From Paramecium tetraurelia (taxonomy: Eukaryota): a DNA stretch of 64,000 bases. The stretch's first letter is position 1, and each line of letters begins with the position of its first letter. Made by a program: the position numbers and the translations under genes. Below are positions 25,526 to 38,451 of this stretch, piece by piece. The stretch is taken from NCBI GenBank assembly GCA_000165425.1, contig CT868492.1:62001-126000 (forward strand), written 5' to 3'. Under the pieces are notes generated by a model. That model saw only the letters and a list, made by a program, of their open reading frames with translations, was not told where the DNA came from and made no database searches.

Positions 25526-27149
25526 ATGTATTAGGGATCCAACCTTTCTCGTACAGGCCAGATGGCTGTATCGAACGAGCAGGTCTCCAATTAGCTAAAA
25601 CTACTCAAGGCTAAGATGAGCAATCGGGACACTTGGTAATAGGGAACCAATCAGCAACTAGACGGTTATCCCCATACTCAACCTACCAAACCATCACAAT
25701 CGCCTCTCTATCCCAAAAGTGACTACGATTTCTATACTATGAAACAACAATAGCAGCAGTAAATGCAATCCAGCTCTCAGCCTAAAATCGCTGATCCACG
25801 CGCTCTCAATTACTAACAATTGCAACAATACAAACAACAACAAGTGCCCCCTCCTCAGAATGCCAATCGAAACGATCCCTATCTAGGTATGAATGCCATT
25901 AATAGACTCAACTACTACGATTAACTTTAGAAGTACAAGGAAGATCCATACAAAAAGAGTAACAACTTAAACAATTACAATGCTCCCCAGAGCTATTATG
26001 AGTAATAATTAAACAAGCGGCAATAATAACAACAATTAGTGCAATAGCCTCCTAAATACTACGATGATGTCTTAACTAAAAAATAATAATCTTATGGATA
26101 TTAGTAAAATAATAATTACGATTTCACCCAATAGCCAGTTTCATTGCAAAATAAGTATGATTATATGAATTACAATAACAATTACTCAAATAATGGTCCA
26201 TATAACAATAATACGTAGTGGTAAAACCAGAACTAAAACAACATATATAATAATAATAATAACAATAACAATAATTACAATTATTAATAATAGACATCTC
26301 AAACAAATCAATATAATCTATATGGGAATCAGAATCTAAATATTAACTAGAATATTAATTCATAATAGCAGCAATCCTCATACAATTAATATAATTACAA
26401 TTAAAATCCTTAATCTTTATCTCCACTCAAATAGCAACAACCACAACCTACCTAATAATAATTCAAGTACTCTCAACACAATTCTTAACCTCAGTTTGAA
26501 AAAAGAGAAAGACCTATCGAAAGACAGTAAGATCCAATTCCAGAATAATAATACAAGCAATCCTAATAATCTTACTAGCCATAAGAATAATAATACAACA
26601 AACCGCAACCCAGAAAGCAACAATAACCATAGCCACAATCATTCAATGCAAACAACAATAAAGCGTATAATCCCATTGACGAAATGCCTGCTGTGGCTAA
26701 GAAAAATCAAACCAATGCAATTCCACCTGAGGAGGATGATGATGGTGACTTACAAGAATGTCCAGAGGGATGTGGCAGAAGTTTCAAGGAAAATGCCTTG
26801 GACAAACATATTAAAGTATGCAAAAAAGTGTTCTAATCCAAAAGAAAAGAATTCAATTCAAAGGCACATAGATAAGTTAATTTAGGAGTAAGCAAAATTG
26901 GAGAAGCAAGGGCTGGTTAAGGATAAGATAATTGAGAAGAAAAAGTAGATGGCTTAAAATGGAGATCCCAAATGGAAGAAACAATCTGAAGCATTTAGAC
27001 AAATGATTAGTGCAGCCAAGTCAGGAGGGACTGCTGATATTCAACCTTAAGATGACCTAGTTGAATGTCCTGCTTGTGGTCGTAAATTCAGTGAATAAGC
27101 TGCTGAAAGACATATTCCAGGCTGCAAAAAAAGGAACTTCAAAAGATGA
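25526..27149 (+). CDS. ZC2HC1-like protein: Q/N/Y/P-rich region plus two C2HC zinc fingers; apparent +1 shift at ~26881
   Basis: ECPEGCGRSFKENALDKHIKVCKKVFQSKRKEFNSKAHR; KWKKQSEAFRQMI; ECPACGRKFSEQAAERHIPGC. Confidence 0.82.
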
Positions 27150-27173
27150 TTAATTATATATTATTAACTATTT

Positions 27174-29306
27174 ATGTCCAAAAGATTACCTTCACTCTCT
27201 GTTGATTCCTCCAGAGTTGTGCAATTCGTTCATTACGGTACACTCAATTGTGTTATCTAGGCCAGGCACTTGCGGAAATGGGAATGGGATTTAAGGCTCT
27301 TCAACAATATGATTATGCGTTGGAACTTAACCCCAAGAGTCCTATTGTTTTTCATCAAAAAGGTTATATCAATATTACATCCTATAGGATTGTTGTACTT
27401 CCAAAAAGAACAATACATTCACGCCTTGCATTGCTATGAATAAGCCTTGCTCCAAGCCAATCAACCCAATATCTATTTTGATAAAGGTAATGCTCATTTG
27501 GCCTTGAACCAAATAGATAAGGCCATAGAATGCTACAACATAGCCTAATAGTATTTCAATGATCGGAAGGAAGTCTATTATCAATTAGGAATTGCTCATT
27601 ATTAGAAAAATAGTATTGTAACAGCCCTGAAAAATCTCATTCAGGCTATCAAGTTAGATCCCAAGTATATACTCGCCATCCAAAAACTAGGAGATATTTA
27701 CTATGATCTTAAAATGTATAAGAAGGCCTTAAAAACCTATGACAAAATTTTAAGAATTGATGGTCTCTACCATAAAGCCATTTATAGTAAAGGCTTGATA
27801 TTTTTTGAAATTAATGAAAAGGAAAAAGCAATGGTTTGCTTTGAAAAATGCATTCTCTTGTAACCAAATAATTCTATGCCTTACTTTAATAAAGGAGTCA
27901 TACTCTTATAAAACCATGAATTCAGAGAAGCCTAAAAAAACTTTAAGTTGTCTCTCAAAAGGAATCCTTCAAATTACTAAGCCAAATTTAACTTGGGTTT
28001 ATCGTATTAAAAATTAGGAATTTTCGATAAAGCTTTATTGCAGTACAGCAAATGCCAACCAACTCACGAGGTGCTATTCAATTCGGGTTTAATACAGTAA
28101 TAGTTTAAATTATATTACAAATCTCTAGATTTGTTGAAAAAAGCAATAAAATTGAAATAAGACAAACTTGAATATTGGTATCATTTGGGAATCAATTATT
28201 ACTTTATAGATAACATTACGGAGACTGCAAATTGCTTTGAAAAAGTTGTTGCTCTAGGAGGCTTATGGATTATTGAGGACAATAACATTTCTCACCCTGC
28301 TGTAATTTAATATCGATAGCAATTTATAAAAAAACCAACAGCCTATATCAACTTTTATCATTAAGGCCGTATTTATTGTTTATTGCACCAATTTCACTCA
28401 GCAATCAAATCATTTTAAAAAAGCAGTGAATTGAACTGCACATTTCTCTAATCTAAATTAGAATTAGCTAAAGTGTATGAGAGCTTGAAATAGTACAAAG
28501 AATCTATCCTAATCTATAAAGCAATTAATAATTAATAATCTTATCAATAATTGAGTTTACTCCTATCCCATTTGCAATTGCATAACGGTGCGATCTACAC
28601 ATTGAATAAGATTTTAGAGACCGATCCAAAGAATGTGGAAGCACTATACAACAAAGGACTATCACTGTCTTAATTACATCAATTTGTGCCTGCTTTATAA
28701 TGCTTTGAAGATATACTCCGTATTTAACCTAGGTACATAGAGGCTATTTTTTAAAAAGCCATCACTTTAAAACAATTAAATGAAAATGAGAAAGCTCATT
28801 CTTAATTTAAAAAGATACTAACCTTCACTCCTGAAAATGAACTAATTCACCTTTTGTAAGGTCATACATATTTCCAACTTCAGCAGTACAATGAGGCTCG
28901 ATCTGCTTACGAGAAGGCCATAGAAATAAATAATTCCTTTAATGAAGCCTACTTTGGATTAGGGTTTATTCATTATACGACAAAAGAATACCAATTATCT
29001 ATTAAAGTTTATAAACAATACTTAATGCAATGTCCCAAATCTAAATAGTTCTTATTGGCTCTTGGTATTTATATATATCATAAAATAATAGCAAATTCTT
29101 TCCATAAACTAGGTAAACATAAAACAGCTCTAAAGAAATTGGATGAAATCTTGATACAAGATAAATATTCATCTGAGGCTATCAATTGTAGAGCCATCAT
29201 TTATTATGATCTTAAAAATTTCAAGTAGTCCTTTATAAATTTTTACAAGGCTATCCATTATAAACCAAGATAGAATGAATTACTTAAATTTGTATATAAT
29301 TCCTGA
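27174..29306 (+). CDS. Tetratricopeptide-repeat protein (685 aa)
   Basis: Repeated TPR consensus e.g. ALQQYDYALELNPKSPIVFHQKG, LHCYEQALLQANQPNIYFDKGNA, ALYNKGLSL, AYFGLG; introns of 23, 25 and 27 nt. Confidence 0.9.
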
Positions 29307-29438
29307 ATTTTAAAGGATGCCTTTAACTAGATCTTAGTGGGAATGTTATTTTTAATATTCTAAATTAATCAATTAATTTCTACATCAAGTTTCTTAATAA
29401 ATATTGCGAAAAAATAAAATCAAATAAACAATTGAGTA

Positions 29439-30146
29439 TCAATTTTAAACTATTTTTACAAAGGAATTGTTTCTGCTTCTATAGGGTTTCTTTGATTAGG
29501 GTTGAGATGACCGTTGATCCAATTTAACTAGTCGATTTGTATTGCAATAGTAGGAATTTGATTTTTTAGAGCCAACTGTGCTATTTTCAGTCAGAACTGC
29601 CGATTATTATGTGTCTCGCTTTTCTGCTAATTTTGCTTAGAGCTCTTTACTTTGATTTCTTAATTCAATTATTTGTTAGTCTTTTCTTAATGGGATGGCA
29701 CTTTAGCAAATCTATAACTTTTGTTTCATTTCTTAAATTTCTCTCTTGATTTGAAAGTTTTAATCCATTATTGCAGCATTCTAATCTTCTAGTTTCTTGC
29801 GTTTTTATATTTATTCTTGATTCTCTCTCATCATTTATTGATATTTTTCACTCAGATTTCTATTATGCTCCATTTTCGACATTATCTATTAATATACATC
29901 TTTGCTAACTAAAACATTATTAATGGGCTTCTCGTTATTTTTATTGTCTTTTATTGTTTTTTGGGAATTCATCATATGTAAAGCCTGAAAACTGAATTCA
30001 AGAGGAAAGTCAACAAATGAATCCTAGGTTAGAAATAATAAGTTATTATGATCATCTAAGATTGAAGTCTCTTGTTGAGGATTATTGAATAGTTCAGTCA
30101 ATTGATTCACAGACAAAAAGATGGGCTTAACAACTTAATCTTGCAT
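29439..30146 (-). CDS. Hypothetical coiled-coil protein (235 aa)
   Basis: Intronless frame MQDQVVKPIFLSVNQLTELF...FVKIVQN-TGA in ciliate code. Confidence 0.7.
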
Positions 30147-30610
30147 AAAATGTAAAATAATTATGATGAATCTATCGATTTTATACTCTCAATTAAGCAA
30201 ATAAATTTATCTTATATAATTATTTGCATATATAAATACATGTGCTTTTTATAAATCGTTTTGATAATTCATGCTAGTCATTTGATTCAGACACATATAA
30301 ATTTATTTTGTTGTGTCAAAATAATTTTAAATGATCTTAGATTTCAGAGTTCATTCATATTAAATATTAATTTTTATAACTCCTAAAAGAAATTTTAACC
30401 TTCTTATATGTATTGTTTTAATGCAGTATAATAGAAAATGGATGTGTTGTAGATATCTTACGTTTAAAAACAATGAGGGATTAACACTAAGTTTGTAAGC
30501 CAAAGCATGGAATAGGTTTTTGTTAAGAAGCAACTAAATAGAGGTTTTCTAGAAAACAACAGAAGATTGTGTGAATTTTATTTTGAATTGAAGTGATAAA
30601 TATATAATTT

Positions 30611-33254
30611 ATGTAACAAAATTAGGAAAATGTTTAGAATCTAATTTTAAATTATTGTTTAGTTGGGTTGGGTGAGAAGTATAGTCCGATGATGAAAAAT
30701 CAAAGAAGTAATTTAGAGTGGATATTTTATAGGGTTTTTGACATCAATTGAATTGCATGAAAATAAATGTATGACCTTATATAATGAACAATTCATAATT
30801 CAATAGGAATCATTAGATATATTGGGAAATGGGAAACTATTTCTAAATTGTGTGTATAATGAGCAGAACAAAGATCCAATAACTAACATTGCATTTGTTG
30901 ATGTCTAAGTTAGGGAAAGTCAAATCCAATTTAACTACAAATACAGCTTATGTCGGATCATGAAGTAGGCGAATGTTATGAAATCTATTCAAATCACTGA
31001 TTGGGGTCTCATCAAAGATAAGGAGCACTTCGACATAAGTCCTTATTTGACCGAATAGAATACATGCTATGTACTGTGTTATACTAGAAAAACAGATTAT
31101 CGTCCAATAATAAACTTGGTTTTGGAAGACTATGATCCACTCCATAATTTATAGGACACTGTGCAATTTAGTTCATTTAGCAAGAAGCAATTGCAAATCA
31201 TAAGATGTAAGCAATCCCTATTTTACATCATTCATAGAAAAGCCTCCCTTAGAGCAGACATACACTCCTGAAATACTTGATCTCTACCCATTTTGTTATA
31301 AGGAATCCCAAAAACAGAAACACATTTAGAATTTGTTCAATGACAATCCTGCCATCAGCAATTACTGCATTCCAGAAGGCATCCAGATAGTACAGAAGAG
31401 TCAAACCCAATTCCAGAACCCAAACCCAGTCACTTATTATTAATTAATGCAATCTCCAAAGGGGGATCTCATATACATCTATTGTCTACGCTATTATGAA
31501 CAGTTAAACAAGAAGTAAGCTTAGAAACTTAAGTTGGAGAATTACAGCAATTTCCTCATTCCAAAAGTCATGGCTTTCATAAGTTATCAGAACTTCATTA
31601 GTCAATTTTCATAATTGTTGACCTACTTATATTCTATCAGAGAGGATTCATAAATTGAAGTAAGTGCATCAAATAACCATTTTAGTAACATATTGAAAGA
31701 GTGATCTAATATCTAAAGTATGCCATAAATCTCGAAAAGATCTCCCTTAAACTAATTATAAACGACTAGCAATTTCTATTTCAAAAGCATATGAGATATC
31801 CAACATGCTAATTGAAATCAATCGACTATGTGATGAATAATATCAATTTGGATAACATCATATAACTTTATACTGCTGTCCTAACAGAGAGAAAAATCAG
31901 ACTATGTTCAAGTTCGATAGTGAATCCAGGTTGTGTTATTGAAGCCTTGATGACCTTCATCTACCCCTTATAATATTAAAAACTGTTGATCTGCTATTTG
32001 AATTACGACAATTCATAAATCATTGAAACTCCAGAACCATATATTATAGGCTTATTAGAAACATTGCCACAACCAGCATGTGAATCTGAAGGATATAAAT
32101 TTAGTTTGGACTGCAATGTTGCATTTCATGTTTCACCTCCTCCTGAATTTCCACTCATCGATAAATTAAGGAGAAAGCTAGAACCTTTCACTAAATAAGA
32201 AATCAATGAAGCAAATGCAAAGAAGATCAAAGAGATTTTCCTCAAGATAAATTTGAAAATCCTGGATCATGCTTTTGATTACGATATCAAGCAAAGGAAC
32301 TGGAGTGCTTTATTTTAAAAGAAGAAGCAGTCCCAATATCCAATCAAAAGTAAATTTTGGGAAATCTTTTCAAGAACTCAACTCTTGTGTTCGTTTATAG
32401 ACAACAATCAATCCAATCGATAACTAGCTTCCTACTTTACATATTTTAACGCTTCTTTCTAACAAGTGAATGAAAATAATAATAGCAAGATATTTGCTGA
32501 CATCAAAACTATTAATATCAACGATTAACCTAATCCATTACTTCCAGCAAAAAAGAAATAATAATTTTTCCCATATCTTACTCCTTACTATTATATTAGA
32601 AACAAATAGACTGCCTTATAAACACAAGTCTATAGAATTTGGTTGCAAATTATTCATATGACTTAATTAGATAGTAAAGAATTCTATGAATTGGCAATTT
32701 ATCTTAAAAAAGAGATTCCCTATATTGAAGACTTCGTTCAACAAAAGGAACATGTTTAACTCCATTAATATGATGATTTGAATGACTAGTAATTTCTATT
32801 TTAAAATGAATGTCCTCATTGCAAGAGATAAATTTCAATAGAGGAAATATTGCATAAGATTCCCCCCACTTACTTACGATAAACCATCAGGTGCTCAAAG
32901 AGGAAGGGTTGTGGCAAACAATTTACTCCCAAAATGACTATTTTCAATATTGGGGAAGTTGATATACTTAATATCCATCAATTACACTTCCAATTGGACT
33001 CCTTAAAGGTGTTTGAGCCGAAGTTTTTTAAGAGTACGGAGTTCTGGAATCTAATCTTTTACTTTAGATTGTTCAAACTTCCGATTCCATTTATTAATGA
33101 GAGTGAGGAAGCGTCTTATTGCTTCAAGTAAAAGGAGAGTAGACTAAAAGGGAATAATAACATTGGTTTGAGTGAAAACTTAAAAGCCTTACAAACTAAG
33201 AAGGTAGTGCAAACTAAGATAATATAGTATGGAGAATGTAGTTCGAGAAAATGA
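30611..33254 (+). CDS. DENN-domain Rab GEF, DENND4-like
   Basis: LNYCLVGLG N-terminus; uDENN YTPEILDLYP..NYCIPEG; DENN IPKVMAFIS, LYTAVLTERKIRLCSS, ETPEPYIIGL; dDENN FWEIFSRTQLL; C-terminal ECPHCKR and EFWNLIFYFRLFKLP; introns of 25, 31 and 26 nt. Confidence 0.85.
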
Positions 33255-33275
33255 TATACCTAAATACACATATAT

Positions 33276-33935
33276 TCATTTATTCAATTACTTCTTCTTT
33301 AATTACTTTAATAAATTTAATGCTTAGACACTCAATTATTCATTGAGTTCAGTCTTTTGGATTTGTTTCCCAATTGATTGAGTTTGAATCCTCGATCTAA
33401 ATAGGGATTTGGTTTGAGTTTACAATCTGCCAGCCTTCAGTCGTTTGATCAAATTGGTCAAGGCCTCAGAATTATACATAAGCCTCCTTTGCTTGTTTTC
33501 CACCTCGAAGTTGTATGGGGTTATGAAGTACAAATTTTTCTATTTAGATTATTGCAAAATCTCTATAATCTGACCAAATAATTATGACAACTCACCGACG
33601 TCTTGAATATCTTCCTTCGAACATTCTAATAAGTTGCAACATTGTCTGGCCTTCTCTTGCAATTCCGTGTGAGGGACTTCAGTTTTTTCTTGATCATCAA
33701 ATAACTTCAAATTATCTTGGATGTTGTCACTCTCTGCGCAATCCTTGCTTGCATTGCTCATATTAGTAATGGACATGATTTCAAAGGGCATAGGCTTGAT
33801 TTCGATCTTACCCAAAAGCTAACTTAAGAGTCTATTCTTGGCCCTGTATTGTCTGGGATACATTCGCTTTTCAATTCTTTGACCAAGAAATTGATGAGAT
33901 TGCTCTTATGTGAAATACTAACATTAATCAAGCAT
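33276..33935 (-). CDS. Hypothetical protein (219 aa)
   Basis: Intronless frame MLDQCQYFTQEQ...LKKKQLNK-TGA; includes the ORF-track fragment 33582-33815. Confidence 0.7.
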
Positions 33936-34193
33936 GATTTAATATTTAATATATAGTTCACGAATTCAAATATATAGCATTTGGATTGAGCATATACATT
34001 GCAATATTAAAGATAAATTAATCATAATTGCAATGTATCAACATCTCGCTTTTTTAATGAATTTACTAAAGTAATTAACTCCTGATTTTAATAATCCCAA
34101 AAACTTTAAGCATTACAGAACTACCAAAAGTGATAGTCTCGCCTCCTCCTCTTAGTTCACCCCCTCTTCGTTAAACTTATTAATAAATTAATA

Positions 34194-37100
34194 ATGATTT
34201 TAAGTTTATTGATTTTATAACAATACTTCCGATACACAAATACGAAGTGCAGTATTAAATTTACAATTTTAAGCTACTCTGAATGACGAGCACCATTTTG
34301 AATTGTCAATAGGGGAACGATTTGACTTAAACATGAATGACAATTTTATTGGTTCCAATTTGAGATTTTCCTTGGTGGGATCTCATAGCCGACAATTCAC
34401 AGTCTAACAACGCTTGCATTTTGTTGCAATACAACCCCTCATGGAAGATTATGTCATCATCAAATAATGGGGAGAACTATTAGCCTTATTAAGAGGAACT
34501 CAGCAACAATATTACATCCAATATGGAATGTGTGATTTTCAATAAGCCCCTGCTTTTGAAAACATAATTCAGCTATTGCCTCGAGGAAATTGCGTTGATC
34601 TTATCTAAGACACCCTTTCTTCGTTTGTAGTTTTATGTGTAGAATAAACTCTATATTATTTGCAATATGTCTAAGTGGATGGACAAATCCAAGAATTCCA
34701 GTATTAGATGAAGTAAAAACCAAAGAAGTTCATGATCAACATGGTAAATGGAGTCGTAATAGTCATCCAAGTGGCAGATGAGTGCATTATAGATACCTAC
34801 TACCAACAAAAGGCAGGAATGCAATTAAATGCATAAACATTATCATAATTGACGATGCAGCAAGTCGAAAACTTCTCCATCAATGATATTACTGTGAAAG
34901 CCGATTAGATTATTATTGCACATCAAATTAGTCACATGATCTATTTGACAATTCAAATTTAGAATGACTAACCTATTTTTACCCTAGTAAAATTGGGGAG
35001 ATTCTAGTTTGACCTCCTGAAAATTAGTGCTTACTTAGATAACTATCTAAATCTTATAGTCGTTGCCCTTATACCTGACAACAGATTGTACTTTATAGAA
35101 ACGAACAAACAATATTAATTAGATTCCTAAATCAATCTCAAAAAAGCTAATTTACAAGCATCTTCAACTTATTGTTCTATTCATGATGGAAAAAGCTTAA
35201 TTATTTATAAATTCAGTGATGGCTTAAAAACTTTAATGTTTTAAGAAGATCTTGATCTTATTTAATACATATTTAATCCAGATTTGAATGATTTGATAAT
35301 TGTTTAAGAAAGATAAATTAGTAGATTTATTTTATCGGATGGTTATTTAATTTTGATACCACCTAAAGAGATTATCAAGACTCCAGTGGAATTTTCGGTT
35401 GTGGCTAGTAGTGATTTAATGGAATGTGAAGCGAGAGTTTCTTATATTGTAACGAGCAGTGTCAATTCACAATTGCTTAAGCCTTATTCTTATCCTAATC
35501 CATATCCCAATATTATATTCTTTCCAAAATTCCCCTCCATTTATAGTTTGAATTAGGTTTCAATTTCAGGGCCAAATCAGAAAATGCTTGTAACTGTAAA
35601 AGAGAACGATTGGCAATTAATTAACATTATCACAGATTATAAAAAAGTTATACCAATTTCAGGATTGAATGAGAAACGATTAAAACTAGCAAGCATCAAC
35701 GTTGAAATTAATAAGCTGATTCCTACAAAGATCCACTTTATATTGCAATATTATCAAAACCAATAATTATATACTGAATTCTTATCGTGTGAATTCAACA
35801 AACAACAATTGAAGATTAACTGTGATAAAGAATACATAATAGATCTTGATAATGTCATAACCCAAGATTAAATATTTTATAGTTATGACCTTGAAGATAA
35901 TGAAGTATTCATCTATGTTGTAAATAAAAATGAAGTCATCATATACAAATGGTTTGTCAATCAATTGATTTTATAGAATAGAGTATAGTTAGCTAATGAG
36001 AGCAAGTAGCATATTTAGTCGTCGATCTCCTAGATAATTTAGGTGAATAATCTCTTGGTTATTCTGAGGGGGGAGGTTGTCTATCTAATTTAAATATTTG
36101 GAGATGATTAATTTAGAATAGATGAGGCATTTTTATAACAAAAGAACTATTTGACTGAGTTTAAACCTAGTTAAGTGAAAGTAAGTCAAATTTGGAATCT
36201 GATTTTTATTGTTAATGGAGGTGATATACTTGTGATCCAGTGTTATGAGATTTGCGATTTGGTGAATAAAATAGTGATATAGAATGCCATGAGTTTGTAG
36301 ATTTAGATTCAAATGGAGAAGGTATTGATTGTGTTGGCTGAGATTGAATCTGAATTGTCTTTAATGGAGTACCTGATAAAGGATCCTCATTATATAGTGT
36401 ATCAAAAGAAATTGTAAACTTATCACTTTTGGCTTTAAAAATAGATGTTGAATAATTATTAGGATGATGAATTTTATGTGTTTGCTTATAGTCCAGTGTT
36501 GAAACAACGAGTTATTTTGATATATAAGGTGTTTGTTGAATTGAGGGATTCCTTATTGACTATGATCAATGTAGGTGAGGATAACTAGGAGTCCTTGTGC
36601 TCAGTCAGTGGGATAAATCAAAAATTAATGTACATTCACATGGACAAATCAGATTTAATCTATTTACTAACAAATGATTTACGATCAACAATCAATGTTG
36701 ATAATAAATCAGATAGCTTGTTTATTCACTAATTGCAAGTGGAATCCTCTTTTTTCAATATCGATTATCCTCTCCAATAGAAATATCATTAGACCATTAA
36801 GTTCGTAGATTTAAAAACAATCATCTATAAGAATGTTGATCAAATTGAATTTAAAATAACAGAAGACATCTAAATACCCATAGACAACTCATTCTTCACT
36901 GGATTAATTACTAATTTAAGGGCTGAGAATGCACATTTGGATATTCAGAAATCTGTTCAATTGACTGAGAACAAACGATCCTTTAAATCAGATGTTATTA
37001 ATACTTGTCAAATTGATGAGATCACTGTGATCCTCACTCATAAAACCATTGAATTTATGTACTCTAATTTCCAAGACTATTTTGAATCCTTAGATATAAC

Positions 37101-38353
37101 CGATTTAAAGGCTGAACTTGGGAATGTGTTTTGCAGTTCTCACATCACCAAATTGATCGCTTTCAGGTATCTGAATATTACTGGTTAGTACATACAATTC
37201 ATCTAATGTACTTAACAGAAGTGTTCCAAACAAGGGAACCCTTAGTTGATGAAGGAGGATGAATACATTTTCTCATTGATGATTATCAATTCTACTTTGA
37301 TCACACTTAGCAAAGATACTAAATACAATTAAGCTTTGCTAAATGTCTATGATATCAAAAGGAACGAATTCTAGATTTCACTCTACCAAACTGAAAAGAT
37401 CGATAAGCAAAGAGCAAATCAGGACTTCAATATCAAGTACATCAGCATGCAATCCTACTAGGTGAATGGAATAATGATTTACAAACTATTTCTCACTGAA
37501 ATGAGTAATGGTCTATTGTATGTTGATATGGCATAAGAGAAGTATATGTAAATCAAATCCAATGTGATCAATCTCAACTTGCAAACTCTGTTGTAAAGCA
37601 ATGGGTTATTTGAAGTTGATGACTAAATCTATATAAGCACGTTGTCCACCTAAGATCCAAAAGACTTTCACATAGAGGGCTACACTGAATTTTATCTCCT
37701 TATAATCACAGCCAATTCCCTTCACTATGGATTGATTGTGCAATTCAAAGGGTCCAAATTATCTGAGACTTCTATCGCCTATCTGCTTCATACTCATTAA
37801 TTGTGGAATGTGGTAACCTTCTCTCAGATTAAGTAATCCTATTTGGCACTTGGATACATTGTGCCTGATAAGCAAGAATTGATGGTAGCCATCTACAAAA
37901 TACCAGCTAATATATCTACTAATTTGAAGTCCAGTCCTGTTTTGGTTCACGGAGCAATCAATATTCAACTAGACCGCAATCTAAATTAATTGATATTCTT
38001 ACTTGAAAATGAGGGATAGGATGTCCTCCTTTATTTTAAAGATAAGGATCCAAACATAATATATTAGGCCAAAATTTACAATAGTTCTTATCTGATTATC
38101 AATAGTAGTGTGAAAAATCATGAATTCACTTTGGTGGCTAGCAATTACTATTATGAGAATTCAATACAAATAGTAATTTTGAATTAGGTAAAGAAGGGGG
38201 GATTTGGCGTCGTAGTAAGATATTGATTATAAATTGTAGATGGTTCTTTTGATACTGGTTGGTTGCATCATAGTATTGGGTCTGCTGGCTTACTTGTTTT
38301 TTAGGATTCGCTCTAAGGACCAAGTAGTTAATACCATTACTTTGTTAGAATGA
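34194..38353 (+). CDS. Large type-I membrane protein, surface-array member 1 (~1370 aa)
   Basis: Signal-like MILSLLILQQYF..KC; intron 34252-34273; motifs FIGSNLRF, SGPNQ, ELRDSLL, FFTG; C-terminal TM MVLLILVGCIIVLGLLAYLFF + RIRSK tail. Confidence 0.82.
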
Positions 38354-38451
38354 ATTATTATATATATATACACACAAGAAATAAATGATTTATTTAAATC
38401 GATGACAACATAGTTCTAATAATGAGGGATGCTGATAAAATTATTATTATA

